DNA of 62,821 bases, counting the filler, from an uncultured bacterium (GTDB taxonomy: Bacteria > DYJV01), in the NCBI GenBank assembly GCA_964543655.1. It is 4 parts of 4 records of this genome, joined end to end, with 100 filler letters (N's around TTAATTAATTAA, not from the genome) between each part and the next. Parts side by side here need not be neighbours in the genome. Positions count along the whole stretch, not along the records: positions 1 to 16,856 come from CAZIZE010000016.1; 3 more parts are not named here. One strand, 5' to 3'. Position numbers and translations under genes: made by a program. Positions within the stretch are counted from its first letter, which is position 1, and the number at the start of each line of letters is the position of its first letter. The notes beneath the pieces are model-generated. The model worked only from the letters and a program-made list of their open reading frames with translations, was not told the DNA's origin and searched no databases. This document shows, piece after piece, positions 1 to 11,850 of the stretch.

Positions 1-71
1 TTCTCAGCAAGCTTCTTTTTTAAAGCAAATAACTCCATCTCCATAGAATACTCTTTGCAACAAATCCTCAT
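1..71 (-). CDS. Small hypothetical protein, 5' part only (MRICCKEYSMEMELFALKKKLAE...), runs off the window start
   Basis: Not in ORF track. Minus-strand ATG at 71, SD GGAGGT at 75-80, promoter TTGAAA-17-TAATTT with extended TG at 95-123; open frame to base 1. Confidence 0.6.
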   Translation of the reverse strand, partial: MRICCKEYSMEMELFALKKKLAE

Positions 72-196
72 AATACCTCCAAAGTTTTTTAAAAAAATTA
101 TCACATCTTTAGCTATTTTTCAATGTAGATTCTTTTCACCTATTATGCTTTATCACAGATTAACATATATATTGTTTTTTTCAATATAAAATTTTA

Positions 197-275
197 AAAA
201 TAAGGAAACTTTACTTGACTTAAAAATACTCATAATCTATACTGAAGAATATCTTAACTTCAAGAATAGGAGTTT
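197..275 (+). repeat. 79-bp exact direct repeat, copy 1 (copy 2 at 62743-62821)
   Basis: AAAATAAGGAAACTTTACTTGACT...AATAGGAGTTT identical base for base to the last 79 nt of the window. Confidence 0.97.
215..243 (+). promoter_or_regulatory. sigma70-type promoter TTGACT-N17-TATACT
   Basis: Near-consensus hexamers, 17-bp spacer, SD AGGAG before ATG 278. Confidence 0.8.
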
Positions 276-277
276 TT

Positions 278-1300
278 ATGAAAATAGGGAATTTATTAAC
301 AACTGCTATGGGAGTAATGCCACACACAGATGTTGATGCAGCTCTCAACCTTGCTCTTTCTCTTGATATACCTTTCTGGCCACAGCTTGCACTATATAAC
401 TATTATGAAGATATGTATGTACAAGCATCTGAAAATTTTCCTGGAATAATTTTAGATCTTGAAAAAAGAACTTTAAGATTCTCAACTGAAAAATTCTATC
501 AAGAACTCGAACTTAGCATGAGTAATTGGGAAAATGATGATTTTTTTGATATAAGTGAAAAATATTCTGTTGTTTATCATAAATTTCTAAATCTTGATCT
601 TACAAAATATATTGCAATTAGAGGTCAAATGGAAGGACCAATTAGTTTTGGATTTTATATTAAAGATGAAAATGATAGACCTATACTTTTTAATGATGAA
701 ATAAGACCTTTTATGTTTGAGTTTATGGCTAAAAGGGTTAATGTGCAGCTTAAAAGATTGAAAGAAAAAAACAAAAATGCATTTATGTTCATTGATGAAC
801 CAGGGTTACAGTTTCTTTTCAGTGCTTTATCAGGATACAGTGATGTTTTTGCAAAACAAGATATTGAAAATCTTCTTAGTATGATAGATAGGCCAAGAGG
901 AATTCACCTGTGCGGTAACCCAGATTGGGATTTTCTATTTGGTTTTGATATGGATATAATTTCAATAGATATACATACCAACCAAAAGGTAATTCCACTT
1001 TATGGAAATTCAATTAAGAATTTTATTGAAAGAGGTGGTGTAATTGTATGGGGTATTGTGCCAACCAACTTTGAGCCATTTGTAAAAGAAAATCTTGATT
1101 CTTTAAAAAATCTTTTAAAAAAAATATGGGACATTGTTATTAAAGCAGGAGTTGATGAGGAGCAGCTTTTATCTCAGAGTTTACTTTCCCCAGCTACTTG
1201 CTGCCTTGTAAACAAAGATAAAGATAAAACAGTTACAAAAGCCTTTGGAATTTTAAAAGCTCTCTCTCAGGAGCTTAGAGAGGAATATAATCTTATATGA
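278..1300 (+). CDS. Core (single-barrel, MetE C-terminal-like) methionine synthase family protein
   Basis: 340 aa; TAMGVMPH..PFWPQL N-terminus, GPI, IDEP, Zn-ligand-like HLC and late TCC motifs. Confidence 0.7.
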   Translation: MKIGNLLTTAMGVMPHTDVDAALNLALSLDIPFWPQLALYNYYEDMYVQASENFPGIILDLEKRTLRFSTEKFYQELELSMSNWENDDFFDISEKYSVVYHKFLNLDLTKYIAIRGQMEGPISFGFYIKDENDRPILFNDEIRPFMFEFMAKRVNVQLKRLKEKNKNAFMFIDEPGLQFLFSALSGYSDVFAKQDIENLLSMIDRPRGIHLCGNPDWDFLFGFDMDIISIDIHTNQKVIPLYGNSIKNFIERGGVIVWGIVPTNFEPFVKENLDSLKNLLKKIWDIVIKAGVDEEQLLSQSLLSPATCCLVNKDKDKTVTKAFGILKALSQELREEYNLI

Positions 1301-3042
1301 ATCATTTAAAAAATCAGAAAAGTCCCTATCTTTTACAGCATGCGGATAATTTAGTAAATTGGCTACCCTGGTGCAAAGAAGCATTTGAACAAGCCATAAA
1401 AAATGATAAACCTCTATTTATATCAATAGGTTATTCAACATGTTATTGGTGTCAAGTTATGAATAATGAATGTTTCAATGATGTTGAAGTGGCAAATCTT
1501 ATTAATGATATTTTTGTTCCAATAAAAGTAGATAGAGAGGAAAGGAGAGATGTTGACAATTTTTATATGCACTGCTCATACATTATGACCAAAAACAGTG
1601 GATGGCCTTTAACAGTTTTTGCAACCCCAGAAGGAAAACCTTTTTTTGTACAAACTTATATTCCAAAATTTTCCAGTGCTCAAAACTTAGGAATGATTGA
1701 ACTATTACCTAAAATTGGACAATTATGGAAAAATAAAAGAGAAGAAATTAATAGAAGTTCAGAGCAGATTTATAATATAATTAAGAATTCTAATAACTTT
1801 TCTTCAAAAAATGGCTCATTTATAGAAAAAGAATTGCTCGATTATACTTATGAGCTTCTTTACAATAATTTTGATCTTAGATATGGTGGTTTTGGCAAAG
1901 CACCTAAATTCCCTTTTCCCAATAATTTACAGTTTCTCTTAAATTATGGCAAAGAGAAAAAACTTGAAAAACCTGTTGGAATATCATTAAAAACGCTAAT
2001 GAATATTAGACTTGGTGGTATATATGATCAGGTTGGTGGTGGTATTCATAGATATTCTACTGATGAAAGATGGTTAATTCCACATTTTGAAAAAACTCTC
2101 TATGATCAAGCTTTAATTGCAGAATGCTACATAGATGCTTACAACATTACAAAAGACAATTTTTATAAAAACGCATTTATTGATATTTTCAACTACTGCT
2201 TTAAAAATTTGTTGTACAAAGGAGCTTTCTTTGCTGGTGAAGATGCAAAAGCAGATTTTTATTTATGGTCATACAATGAACTTATTGAAAATTTCAGTGA
2301 GGAGATAGATGAAATTTTATCAATTACAGAAGATGGAAATTTTTTAGATGAAGTAACTGGTGAAAAAACAGGAAAAAATATTCTGTCAATTAAAAATTTA
2401 AATGCATTTAATAAATTTCTCAAAATCAGGGAAAAGTTTATAGCACTTAGAGAAAAAAGGATTAGTCCCGAAAAGGATAGAAAAATTTTAAGTGACTGGA
2501 ACAGTATTATGGCTGTGGCTCTTTTCAAAGGTTTTTCAGCAACTAAAAATATACAATACATAAAACAAGCCAATAATATTATAGATTTTATTCTAAAAAA
2601 TATGTGCAATCAATATACTCTTTTTCACTGCTACATTAGCAATGAAAAAAGTGTTGAAGGATTTTTGGACAATTACATATTTTTTATTAATGCACTTTTG
2701 CATTCATATAAAACCCAGAATAAAAATGAACACTTAGAATTAGCAAACAGGTTTATGAATTATACTATTGAAAATTTTTGGGACTTTGATAATGGTGGGT
2801 TCTTTTTTACACATAAAAAAACAAATTATCCTCTTTTGAGGAAAAAAGAATTTACAGATTCAGTTTTACCATCTGCTAACTCAGTTGCTTTTGCTACATT
2901 AATAGACCTTTATAATTTTACAAATAATTTTAAATACAAAAATTTTGCTGAAGATTTAATAAAAATCTATTATCAGATTGTAAATTCATCTCCCATATCT
3001 TTTTTAAAATTTTTATCCGCTTATATTAACTTTAAATTTTAG
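1297..3042 (+). CDS. Thioredoxin-domain protein of YyaL/SSP411 (DUF255) family
   Basis: SPYLLQHADN, GYSTCYWC, KVDREERRDVD, GGFGKAPKFP, PHFEKTLYDQA motifs. Confidence 0.9.
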   Translation: MNHLKNQKSPYLLQHADNLVNWLPWCKEAFEQAIKNDKPLFISIGYSTCYWCQVMNNECFNDVEVANLINDIFVPIKVDREERRDVDNFYMHCSYIMTKNSGWPLTVFATPEGKPFFVQTYIPKFSSAQNLGMIELLPKIGQLWKNKREEINRSSEQIYNIIKNSNNFSSKNGSFIEKELLDYTYELLYNNFDLRYGGFGKAPKFPFPNNLQFLLNYGKEKKLEKPVGISLKTLMNIRLGGIYDQVGGGIHRYSTDERWLIPHFEKTLYDQALIAECYIDAYNITKDNFYKNAFIDIFNYCFKNLLYKGAFFAGEDAKADFYLWSYNELIENFSEEIDEILSITEDGNFLDEVTGEKTGKNILSIKNLNAFNKFLKIREKFIALREKRISPEKDRKILSDWNSIMAVALFKGFSATKNIQYIKQANNIIDFILKNMCNQYTLFHCYISNEKSVEGFLDNYIFFINALLHSYKTQNKNEHLELANRFMNYTIENFWDFDNGGFFFTHKKTNYPLLRKKEFTDSVLPSANSVAFATLIDLYNFTNNFKYKNFAEDLIKIYYQIVNSSPISFLKFLSAYINFKF

Positions 3043-3111
3043 CTTGAAATTTAAGAGTTTTAAATGTAAAAGAAACCCTCTTAAAAAATTTTTAAAACGC
3101 AGGAGGAAAGC

Positions 3112-5691
3112 ATGTCAGGTAATAACAATTACAACCCCTCTGAAATAGAGCATAAATGGCAAAAAAAATGGGAAGAAAATAAATTATTTAAAGTAGATGT
3201 AGATGATAAAAAACCTAAGTATTACCTACTTGAAATGTTCCCATATCCCTCTGGTAAAATCCATATGGGACATGTGCGTAATTATACAATTGGAGATGTT
3301 GTTGCTCGTTATAAAAGAATGAAAGGATTTAATGTTCTTCATCCAATGGGATGGGATGCATTTGGGCTGCCAGCTGAAAATGCAGCTATACAAAATAACA
3401 CACATCCTGCTAAATGGACATATGAAAATATTGAGTATATGAAAAATCAACTGAAAAAACTTGGATTTAGTTACGATTGGGATAGAGAATTTGCAACCTG
3501 TGATGAGGATTACTATAAATGGGAACAACTTATTTTTATTAAAATGTTTGAAAAGGGTCTTGCATACAAATCAAAAGGTAATGTAAATTGGTGTGAAAAG
3601 TGTGGAACTGTTCTTGCCAATGAGCAGGTAGAGGATGGATGTTGCTGGCGTTGTGGAAATGAAGTTGAAATCAAAGAGCTTGAACATTGGTATTTTAAAA
3701 TCACAGATTATGCAGAAGAATTACTTAACTGGACGTACAAATTAAAAGGATGGCCTGAAAAAGTTTTAATAATGCAGAGGAACTGGATAGGTAAGAGCTA
3801 TGGTAGTGAAATAAAATTTAAAATTGCAGATTCAGATGATTTTATAACTGTTTTTACAACAAGGCCAGATACTCTCTATGGTGCTACTTTTATGAGCCTT
3901 GCACCAGAGCATCCTATGGTAGAAAAGCTTGTTAAAGGTGAAAACAGAAAAGAAATTTTACAAAAAATTCAGGAAATGAAAAAAGAGGATAAAATTAAAA
4001 GAACTTCAGAGGATTATGAAAAAAAGGGCGTTTTTACCGGCTCATACTGTATTAATCCTGTTACCAACAAACAAATTCCAATATATGTTGCAAATTTTGT
4101 TCTCATGGATTATGGAACAGGTGCTGTAATGGCTGTTCCTGCACATGACCAGAGAGATTTTGAATTTGCAAAAAAATATAATCTTCCTATAATACCTGTT
4201 ATAAAACCTGTTAATAAAGATTTAGACGTAGAAAACCTTACAGAAGCGTACGAAGAAGAGGGTATTTTAATTAACTCTGATCAATTTAATGGCCTTGACA
4301 ATGAAAAAGCCAAAGAAGAGATTACCAAATACCTTGCCTCTTTAGGACTTGGAAAAAGAACAGTTAATTATAGATTAAGGGATTGGTCTATTTCAAGGCA
4401 AAGATATTGGGGCGCACCAATACCTGTTGTTTACTGTGAAAAATGTGGCACTGTACCTGTCTCTGAAAAAGATTTGCCAATTGTTCTTCCAAAAGATGTT
4501 AAGTTTACCTCATCAGGAGATGTTTTAAAACAACTTCAAAATTTTGTAGAAACATCATGTCCTAAATGTGGTGCTCCTGCTAAAAGAGAAACTGACACAA
4601 TGGATACTTTTGTTGAATCATCATGGTATTTTATGAGATACGCATCACCACATTGCAACCATGCACCTTTTGAAAAAGAGGAAGTAAAATATTGGCTACC
4701 AGTGGATCAATATATTGGTGGGATTGAACATGCTGTTTTACATTTATTATATTCAAGGTTTTACACAAAAGTTTTAAGAGATCTGGGTTATTGCAGCATT
4801 GATGAGCCTTTTATTAATCTTTTAACTCAGGGAATGGTCTGCATGGAAACTTACAGTTGTCCTGAGCATGGATGGTTATTTCCAGAGCAGGTAAAAAATG
4901 GTAAATGTGCTATATGTGGTTCTAATGTTACCATTGGTAGAGTAGAAAAAATGTCAAAAAGCAAAAAAAATGTAGTTGACCCAGAGAGGATAATAAAAGA
5001 GTATGGTGCAGATACAGCAAGGTTATTTATACTTTTTGCCTCACCACCAGATAAAACACTTGAATGGAGTGAGCAAGGTGTTGAAGGTTCATTTAGATTT
5101 TTGAAAAGAGTTTGGAATCTTGTTGTTTCCAATATTGATATTTTAAAAGATGTGCACCCATACAGAAAAAGTGATGGAAATTTAAGTGGTGATATAAAAG
5201 CTTTGAGAAGGAAGACTCATGAAACAATAAAAAAGGTAAATAATGACATTGAAGATAGGTTTCATTTTAATACAGCTATAAGTGCTATTATGGAGCTTGT
5301 AAATAGCGCTAATCAAGCTAAAATTAATAGCAACATTGAGAAAAAAGTATTTAGAGAAACTGTTGAAACAATTATTTTACTTCTAAGCCCATTTGTGCCT
5401 CATTTTGCTGATGAACTTTGGGAAAAATTAACAGAAAATAATAATGATTTTTTAATTAATAAGCAATTTCCAGCATGGGATGAAGAAGCTCTTAAAAAGG
5501 ATGATAAATTAATTGTTGTTCAGATAAATGGCAAAGTACGGGGAAAGTTGGTGGTGGATATTAATCTTTCTGAGGATGAAATAAAAGAAAAAGCTTTTAA
5601 TGATGAAAGAATAAAGAAATTCACTCAAAATAAAACAGTTAGAAAAGTAATTTATGTTAAAGATAAATTGCTCAACATTGTTGTCGGTTAA
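3112..5691 (+). CDS. leuS: Leucine--tRNA ligase
   Basis: [13 protein letters not shown] (HIGH), KMSKS, editing-domain FTTRPDT; SD AGGAGG. Confidence 0.98.
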   Translation: MSGNNNYNPSEIEHKWQKKWEENKLFKVDVDDKKPKYYLLEMFPYPSGKIHMGHVRNYTIGDVVARYKRMKGFNVLHPMGWDAFGLPAENAAIQNNTHPAKWTYENIEYMKNQLKKLGFSYDWDREFATCDEDYYKWEQLIFIKMFEKGLAYKSKGNVNWCEKCGTVLANEQVEDGCCWRCGNEVEIKELEHWYFKITDYAEELLNWTYKLKGWPEKVLIMQRNWIGKSYGSEIKFKIADSDDFITVFTTRPDTLYGATFMSLAPEHPMVEKLVKGENRKEILQKIQEMKKEDKIKRTSEDYEKKGVFTGSYCINPVTNKQIPIYVANFVLMDYGTGAVMAVPAHDQRDFEFAKKYNLPIIPVIKPVNKDLDVENLTEAYEEEGILINSDQFNGLDNEKAKEEITKYLASLGLGKRTVNYRLRDWSISRQRYWGAPIPVVYCEKCGTVPVSEKDLPIVLPKDVKFTSSGDVLKQLQNFVETSCPKCGAPAKRETDTMDTFVESSWYFMRYASPHCNHAPFEKEEVKYWLPVDQYIGGIEHAVLHLLYSRFYTKVLRDLGYCSIDEPFINLLTQGMVCMETYSCPEHGWLFPEQVKNGKCAICGSNVTIGRVEKMSKSKKNVVDPERIIKEYGADTARLFILFASPPDKTLEWSEQGVEGSFRFLKRVWNLVVSNIDILKDVHPYRKSDGNLSGDIKALRRKTHETIKKVNNDIEDRFHFNTAISAIMELVNSANQAKINSNIEKKVFRETVETIILLLSPFVPHFADELWEKLTENNNDFLINKQFPAWDEEALKKDDKLIVVQINGKVRGKLVVDINLSEDEIKEKAFNDERIKKFTQNKTVRKVIYVKDKLLNIVVG

Positions 5692-6324
5692 ATGAAATTT
5701 GATATAATATACCATAAGCTTGAAGAACTATATGGTGAGCAGCTATGTGCTGTTGATAAATTTAAAACACCTTACAAAGTTTTAATATCATGCATAATAT
5801 CTTTAAGGACCAAAGATGAGGTTACTGAACTTGCTTCAAAAAGATTATTCAAAGTGGCTCCAGCAGCCCAAAATATGATTAAATTAACCTCAGATGAGAT
5901 TAGCAGGCTAATATATCCTGCTGGCTTTTACAGGAGAAAAGGAAAACAGATTTTAAATATTTCAAAAATCTTAGTAGAAAAATATAATGGCATTCCACCT
6001 GATAATATTGAAGCACTTCTAAAACTTCCCGGTGTTGGAAGGAAAACAGCCAATCTTGTTTTAAGCGCTGGCTTTGGGAAAAATGCAATTTGTGTGGACA
6101 CACATGTTCATAGAATCTCTAATAGAACTGGAATAATTAATACAAAAACACCAGAGGAAACAGAATATAAATTAATGGAAAATTTAAGTAAAAAATATTG
6201 GAAAGAGATAAATCACCTTATGGTACTTCATGGTAAAGCTATCTGCACTCCAATTTCACCAAAGTGTTCCCAATGTGTATTAAACAAAATATGTGAGAAA
6301 ATAGATGTTACAAAATCAAGATAG
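5692..6324 (+). CDS. nth: Endonuclease III (HhH-GPD, 4Fe-4S)
   Basis: LPGVGRKTA Hh[11 protein letters not shown]6-C-X2-C-X5-C tail. Confidence 0.95.
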   Translation: MKFDIIYHKLEELYGEQLCAVDKFKTPYKVLISCIISLRTKDEVTELASKRLFKVAPAAQNMIKLTSDEISRLIYPAGFYRRKGKQILNISKILVEKYNGIPPDNIEALLKLPGVGRKTANLVLSAGFGKNAICVDTHVHRISNRTGIINTKTPEETEYKLMENLSKKYWKEINHLMVLHGKAICTPISPKCSQCVLNKICEKIDVTKSR

Positions 6325-7177
6325 ATTTCTTGGCGCTCACCAGTCAATCTCTGGAGGGATACACAAATCAATATTAAGAGCTGTTGAAATAAAAAGCAAT
6401 GCTCTTCAAATTTTTACAAAAAATTCAAATAGATGGAAAGGAAAAGAGCTCAATGAAAGTAATATAAAAGAGTTTTTTAAATTAAAAGAGAAATTTAAAT
6501 TTGAAAAAATTATTGCGCACGCTCCATACCTTGTAAATCTTGCATCACCAAACAGTGAAATAATTAAAAAATCAACTGAATCATTAATTGAAGATATTAA
6601 TAATTGCCTTAAATTAAAAATAAATTACCTTGTTCTTCATCCAGGCTCACACAAAGGAGAAGGAGAGGAAAAAGGTATTGCAAATATCAGTAAAAATCTT
6701 GATAATATATTAAAAATTTTCAAAAAAGAAAATTTCTACATCTTATTAGAAACAACTGCTGGTCAGGGTAATTCCATTGGTCACAGGCTTGAACATTTGC
6801 AAAAAATTAGAGAAAAAATGAAATATAAAGAGAAAATAGGTTATTGCCTTGATACCTGCCATCTGTTTGCAGCTGGCTACGATTTTAGAACAGAGCAATC
6901 ATACAGTTATTTAAAATATCAACTTTCAACAATTCTTGGTATAGATAATATTTATGCAATTCATGTTAATGATTCTAAAAAAGATCTTGGTAGCAGAATA
7001 GACAGGCATGAACATATTGGAAAAGGTTTTATTGGAAAAGAAGGATTCAGATTTTTTTTAAATGATAAGGATTTTTTTAATATTCCTTTTATTCTTGAAA
7101 CTCCCAAAGAGAATAATATGGATCAGAAAAATTTAAAAATTTTACGAGAATTAATTGCTGAAAATTTTGAACTTTAA
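6305..7177 (+). CDS. nfo: Endonuclease IV (AP endonuclease)
   Basis: [43 protein letters not shown]. Confidence 0.95.
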   Translation: MLQNQDRFLGAHQSISGGIHKSILRAVEIKSNALQIFTKNSNRWKGKELNESNIKEFFKLKEKFKFEKIIAHAPYLVNLASPNSEIIKKSTESLIEDINNCLKLKINYLVLHPGSHKGEGEEKGIANISKNLDNILKIFKKENFYILLETTAGQGNSIGHRLEHLQKIREKMKYKEKIGYCLDTCHLFAAGYDFRTEQSYSYLKYQLSTILGIDNIYAIHVNDSKKDLGSRIDRHEHIGKGFIGKEGFRFFLNDKDFFNIPFILETPKENNMDQKNLKILRELIAENFEL

Positions 7178-7201
7178 AGGTAATTATTTGTAGATGAATT
7201 G

Positions 7202-7232
7202 AAAAAAAAGCAGGCAAAAGCCTGCTTTTTTT
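7202..7232. terminator. Bidirectional intrinsic terminator between nfo and glnA
   Basis: A8-GCAGGC-AAAA-GCCTGC-T7 between convergent genes. Confidence 0.9.
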
Positions 7233-8643
7233 AAATATCAAAATATAATTCAAACTCATGTGGATGAGGTCTCATTCTTACTGGGTCAGCCTCATTTTCT
7301 CTCTTATACTCAATCCAATCATTAATACATCTTTCTGTGAACACATCACCTTTCATTAAAAATTCATGATCTTTTTCAAGTGCATCAAGTGCTTCTTCAA
7401 GAGAACCTGGTGTAGAAGGTACATTTGAAAGCTCTTCTGGAGTTAATGAATAAATATCTTTATCAAGAGCTTCACCTGGATCTATTTTATTTTCAATTCC
7501 ATCAAGACCTGCCATTAACATTGCTGCAAAAGCCATATATCCATTTGCTGATGGGTCCGGGAATCTCACTTCTATTCTTTTTGCTTTTTCACTCATAGAA
7601 TACATTGGGATTCTAACAGCAGCACTTCTGTTTCTACTTGAATATGCAAGGTTAACTGGTGCTTCATAACCAGGAACCAATCTTTTGTATGAATTTGTTG
7701 TAGGGTTGGTAAAAGCACAGATAGCTTTTGCATGCTTTAAAATACCACCAATATACCATAATGCTTCTTTGCTCATTCCTCCATACTCATTGCCAGCAAA
7801 TAGATTTTTACCACCTTTCCAGATTGACTGGTGAGTATGCATACCTGTACCATTATCTCCAAATAGTGGCTTAGGCATAAAAGTAACTGTTTTGCCATTT
7901 CTCCATGCTACATTTTTTATAATGTATTTGTACCACATTAACTTATCGCCCATTTTCAACAATTCATCAAATCTCAAGTCTATTTCAGCTTGACCAGCTG
8001 TAGCAACTTCATGATGCTGACATTCAACATCCATTCCAAGCTTCATCATCTCCATAACCATTTCATTTCTTAAATTTTGTAAACTGTCTGTTGGTGGAAC
8101 TGGAAAATAACCTTCTTTATACCTTGGTTTATATCCTAAGTTAGGATTTTCTTCTCTTGCTGTGTTCCATCTACCTTCTACTGAATCAACTTCGTAGTAG
8201 CTTTTATTTTGTGATGTAATATATCTAACATCGTCAAAGATAAAAAATTCTGGCTCTGGGCCAAAATATGCAACATCACCAATACCTGAAGATTTAAGAT
8301 AGTTTTCTGCTTTTTTAGCAACATTTCTTGGATCTTTCTCATAAGCTTCTCTTGTAATTGGGTCAACAATGTCACAGATTAAACTAAGAGTTGTTACATC
8401 ATTAAATGGATCAATACAAGCTGTTGCAGCATCAGGTACAACAAGCATGTCACTTGCATGAATTGGCTGCCATCCTCTGATACTTGAGCCATCAAAGCCA
8501 AATCCATCTTCAAATGAACCTTCGTCAAGCTCTGAAAGAGGAACAGAAAAATGCTGCCACATTCCTACAAAATCTGTAAATTTTAGATCTACCATCTTTA
8601 CATCATTTTCTTTTGCAAAATTTAATACTTCTTTTGGTGTCAT
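7231..8643 (-). CDS. glnA: Glutamine synthetase type I (beta)
   Basis: [37 protein letters not shown]; adenylylation-type Tyr in DKDIYSL. Confidence 0.98.
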   Translation of the reverse strand: MTPKEVLNFAKENDVKMVDLKFTDFVGMWQHFSVPLSELDEGSFEDGFGFDGSSIRGWQPIHASDMLVVPDAATACIDPFNDVTTLSLICDIVDPITREAYEKDPRNVAKKAENYLKSSGIGDVAYFGPEPEFFIFDDVRYITSQNKSYYEVDSVEGRWNTAREENPNLGYKPRYKEGYFPVPPTDSLQNLRNEMVMEMMKLGMDVECQHHEVATAGQAEIDLRFDELLKMGDKLMWYKYIIKNVAWRNGKTVTFMPKPLFGDNGTGMHTHQSIWKGGKNLFAGNEYGGMSKEALWYIGGILKHAKAICAFTNPTTNSYKRLVPGYEAPVNLAYSSRNRSAAVRIPMYSMSEKAKRIEVRFPDPSANGYMAFAAMLMAGLDGIENKIDPGEALDKDIYSLTPEELSNVPSTPGSLEEALDALEKDHEFLMKGDVFTERCINDWIEYKRENEADPVRMRPHPHEFELYFDI

Positions 8644-8688
8644 TCAACCAACCTCCTTTTTATTAGTAGTGTTAAAATTTATTTCAAA

Positions 8689-9033
<345 letters not shown>

Positions 9034-9071
9034 CTATTCCTCCATTAATATAATAAATCTTCAGATAATAT

Positions 9072-9087
9072 AACAAAATTCATACCA
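9072..9087 (-). promoter_or_regulatory. Putative sigma54 promoter for glnB-glnA (TGGTATGAATTTTGTT)
   Basis: GG-N10-GT (one mismatch at -12) about 40 nt upstream of glnB, next to a divergent sigma54 activator. Confidence 0.55.
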
Positions 9088-9188
9088 TAAAAACAATTTT
9101 TTAACAAGTAATTTTTCCCAATTATAATTGTATAAAATCAACCTGTTATAGAATTGGTGAATAAATTATTTTAGTAAATAAGAATTTC

Positions 9189-9240
9189 ACAAATACAAAA
9201 TTGTTCTAAATAACATTATTTGATACAATTTTGTATTTGT
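9189..9240. promoter_or_regulatory. Perfect 16-bp inverted repeat, candidate upstream activator sequence
   Basis: ACAAATACAAAATTGT (9189-9204), 20-bp spacer, ACAATTTTGTATTTGT (9225-9240); each arm contains ACA-N4-TGT. Confidence 0.65.
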
Positions 9241-9291
9241 TTTATGATTTCATTATTGCATTAATTTATTTTTTATGGCATATCTTAATCT

Positions 9292-10782
9292 ATGAGCATA
9301 TACCTTGAAACATTAAAAAATATTAGCAAATTGATAAATGAAAATCTTGAATTCTCTACAATTCTTTATAAAGTCCTTGAAATTCTTGCTAAAAATGTAG
9401 GAATGGAACGAGGCATTATATCTGTTTACAGGCAGGATCTTGAAGAAATATTTGTAGATGTTGCTTACGGTATTCCAGAGAAAAAAGATAAAATTTACTA
9501 TAAATTGGGAGAAGGTATTACTGGACAGGTTGTTTCATCAGGTAGGCCAATTGCAGTACCACATCTTGACCAGGAACCACTCTTTCTTGATAGAACAGGT
9601 GCAAGAAAGAATATTAACAGGTCAAAACTTGCTTTTATATGTGTACCCATTAAATATGGCTATGAGACAGTTGGTGCCCTATCTGTTGATCATGTGTCCA
9701 AAGATATTAATCTTGATGTTGAAGTTAAATTTCTTGAAACAGTTGCTAATATGATTGCATCAAAAGTTTACATTAGAAGAATCCAGGAGGAAAATTATAA
9801 GCTTAAAGAAACCATAAAGCGACATAGCCCTGTTGGCAGCATGATAGGGAACTCTGAAGCAATGAGAGAGGTTTCATACCTTATAGCACAGGTTGCAGAG
9901 ACCAATTCTACAATTTTAATTACAGGAGAAACTGGCACAGGCAAAAGTCTTGTTGCATATGAGATACATCACTTAAGTAGACGTTCTAAAGGGCCATTTA
10001 TAAAGTTAAATTGTGGTGCAATACCAGAAAATTTAATAGAAAGTGAATTATTTGGCCATGAAAAGGGAGCTTTTACAGGTGCTGTTTCCCGTCAGATAGG
10101 AAAATTTGAAATAGCAAATGGTGGCACTATCTTTCTTGATGAAATAGGAGAACTTCCTCTTTCTCTTCAACCAAAGCTGTTAAGGATACTTGAGGAGAAG
10201 TGCTTTGAAAGAATTGGTGGTAATAAAACAATCTATACTGATGTAAGAATACTTGCAGCAACTAATAAAAATTTAGAAAAAGAAGTTGAAGAGGGAAAGT
10301 TCAGAAAAGACCTTTTCTACAGGTTAAATGTTTTTCCAATACATCTACCACCACTTAGAGAGAGAGGGGCAGATATAATAATGCTTGCAGATTATTTTAC
10401 ACAAAAGCTCAGCTCTCAACTCAGAAAAAATGTTTCTGGAATTGATAATTCAGCAATTGATATACTACTTTCATATAATTGGCCTGGTAATGTTAGGGAG
10501 TTACAAAATTGTATAGAGAGAGCTATTCTTCTTGATAGAGATGGTATAATAAAAGTTGATGACTTACCTGCCTATGTAAAGTTGGAAAAAGAGGGTACTG
10601 TAAAATTTAATGGAAATTTCCAATATTTAATGGAATCTTATGAAAAGTCATTGATAATAAATGCATTAAAAGAAGCTAAAGGTAACCAAACTAAAGCAGC
10701 AAAATTTTTAGGTACAACCAAGAGAATCATTCAATATAAAGTTCAAAAATATAATATTGATTACACAAAATTTAAAAATTAA
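9292..10782 (+). CDS. NifA-like GAF-AAA+-HTH sigma54 enhancer-binding protein
   Basis: N-terminal GAF (GEGITGQV, FICVPI), GETGTGKS, GAFTGA, WPGNVREL, C-terminal Fis-type HTH. Confidence 0.92.
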   Translation: MSIYLETLKNISKLINENLEFSTILYKVLEILAKNVGMERGIISVYRQDLEEIFVDVAYGIPEKKDKIYYKLGEGITGQVVSSGRPIAVPHLDQEPLFLDRTGARKNINRSKLAFICVPIKYGYETVGALSVDHVSKDINLDVEVKFLETVANMIASKVYIRRIQEENYKLKETIKRHSPVGSMIGNSEAMREVSYLIAQVAETNSTILITGETGTGKSLVAYEIHHLSRRSKGPFIKLNCGAIPENLIESELFGHEKGAFTGAVSRQIGKFEIANGGTIFLDEIGELPLSLQPKLLRILEEKCFERIGGNKTIYTDVRILAATNKNLEKEVEEGKFRKDLFYRLNVFPIHLPPLRERGADIIMLADYFTQKLSSQLRKNVSGIDNSAIDILLSYNWPGNVRELQNCIERAILLDRDGIIKVDDLPAYVKLEKEGTVKFNGNFQYLMESYEKSLIINALKEAKGNQTKAAKFLGTTKRIIQYKVQKYNIDYTKFKN

Positions 10783-10971
10783 AATTTTATTAACTGAGCA
10801 CTATCCATTAAAATAACTAAACACAAATATCAAATATTTAAATCTAAAATCTAAATTTCAAACTCCACCTGCTATTTTCACATTCCACACCCCTTTTTAT
10901 CAATCACTAATAAAAAACCAGATATTAAATCCAACAGCAATCTTTAACTGCTTATATTTACCACAAAAGCA

Positions 10972-11003
10972 GTCATTTTGAGGGCTGTAGCCCGAAAAAT
11001 CTC
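10972..11003 (+). repeat. Single REP-like element GTCATTTTGAGGGCTGTAGCCCGAAAAATCTC
   Basis: Internal GGGCT/AGCCC hairpin; ends resemble the GTCATTCTGA...GAAGAATCC element at 55231-55268. Confidence 0.6.
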
Positions 11004-11027
11004 TTGCTTCAAGGTTGGTTTTGTATT

Positions 11028-11100
11028 ATACAATTTTCTATCTGAAATGACATTTGTAATGTTCTTAAGTTGAACTATGAACTTTGAACTGCAAACTTGC
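11028..11100 (-). repeat. Dispersed intergenic repeat, copy A (internally shorter)
   Basis: Reverse strand reads GTTCAAAGTTCATAGTTCAAC-TTAAGAACATTACAAATGTCATTTCAGATAGAAAATTGTAT, homologous to 29462-29566 and 55392-55490. Confidence 0.75.
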
Positions 11101-11112
11101 ATTAAACTAATA

Positions 11113-11850
11113 TTAATCCCTTGCCTGCTGAACTGATTTGTATGCTAACATAAAAAATATTGTCCCTAAAACAAATAGATATATGTATGAATAAGGATTT
11201 GGTATTCCTCCCAAAGCAGATGCCCTAACCTCTTTGCTAACTACTGTAATTGGTAAGTATTTAAGTATTGTTTGAGCCCATATTGGTAGATTTTTTAATG
11301 GAAAAAGAGTGCCTCCAAGGAAAGACATTGGAAAAATAATAAAGTTTGATAACATTGCTTGATCAGCATGAGACTTCACTCTCATTGCAGCAAAAACAGC
11401 AATAGATGCGAAGATATAAGAGTTTAATACTATCCCAGCCCAAAAACCAATGCTGTAATTAAGCTTAACACCTGTTAAAAGCCCAAGAAAAATTATTATA
11501 AAGATACTTATAAATGCCTTGGTAATCCCTGTGATAACCTCAGCAAGAACATATATTACATCATGAAGTGGTGATGCCTGAAACTCTTCAAAAACTTTCC
11601 AGTAAAACCTTGTAATATTAATTTCAGAAGCTATGTTAAATGCCTGAGTCATTGAGTTCATTGCAATTAAACCAGGTAACAGAAATGTTAGATAAGGAAT
11701 ATTATTAATTTTAACCCCTTTACCTATACCAAAACCAAAAGCAATAATATAAAGGGTAGGTGCTATTGCTATTGAAAATAAAAGTTTTATCCCCTTACTC
11801 CTCATAATCAAAAGCTCTCTTAAATAAACAGCTATAAATCCTTTAATCAT
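11113..11850 (-). CDS. ABC-2 type transporter permease
   Basis: Six hydrophobic segments, YLTFLLPG, FLGGTLFP; follows ABC ATPase. Confidence 0.9.
   Translation of the reverse strand: MIKGFIAVYLRELLIMRSKGIKLLFSIAIAPTLYIIAFGFGIGKGVKINNIPYLTFLLPGLIAMNSMTQAFNIASEINITRFYWKVFEEFQASPLHDVIYVLAEVITGITKAFISIFIIIFLGLLTGVKLNYSIGFWAGIVLNSYIFASIAVFAAMRVKSHADQAMLSNFIIFPMSFLGGTLFPLKNLPIWAQTILKYLPITVVSKEVRASALGGIPNPYSYIYLFVLGTIFFMLAYKSVQQARD

Noticed and set aside
9292-10782. Calling this gene nifA and inferring nitrogen fixation
   Set aside because: No nif genes in the window; domain architecture alone is insufficient
10824-10866. Degenerate AAATMTN heptamer run after the NifA-like gene
   Set aside because: Low complexity in AT-rich DNA; no function can be supported
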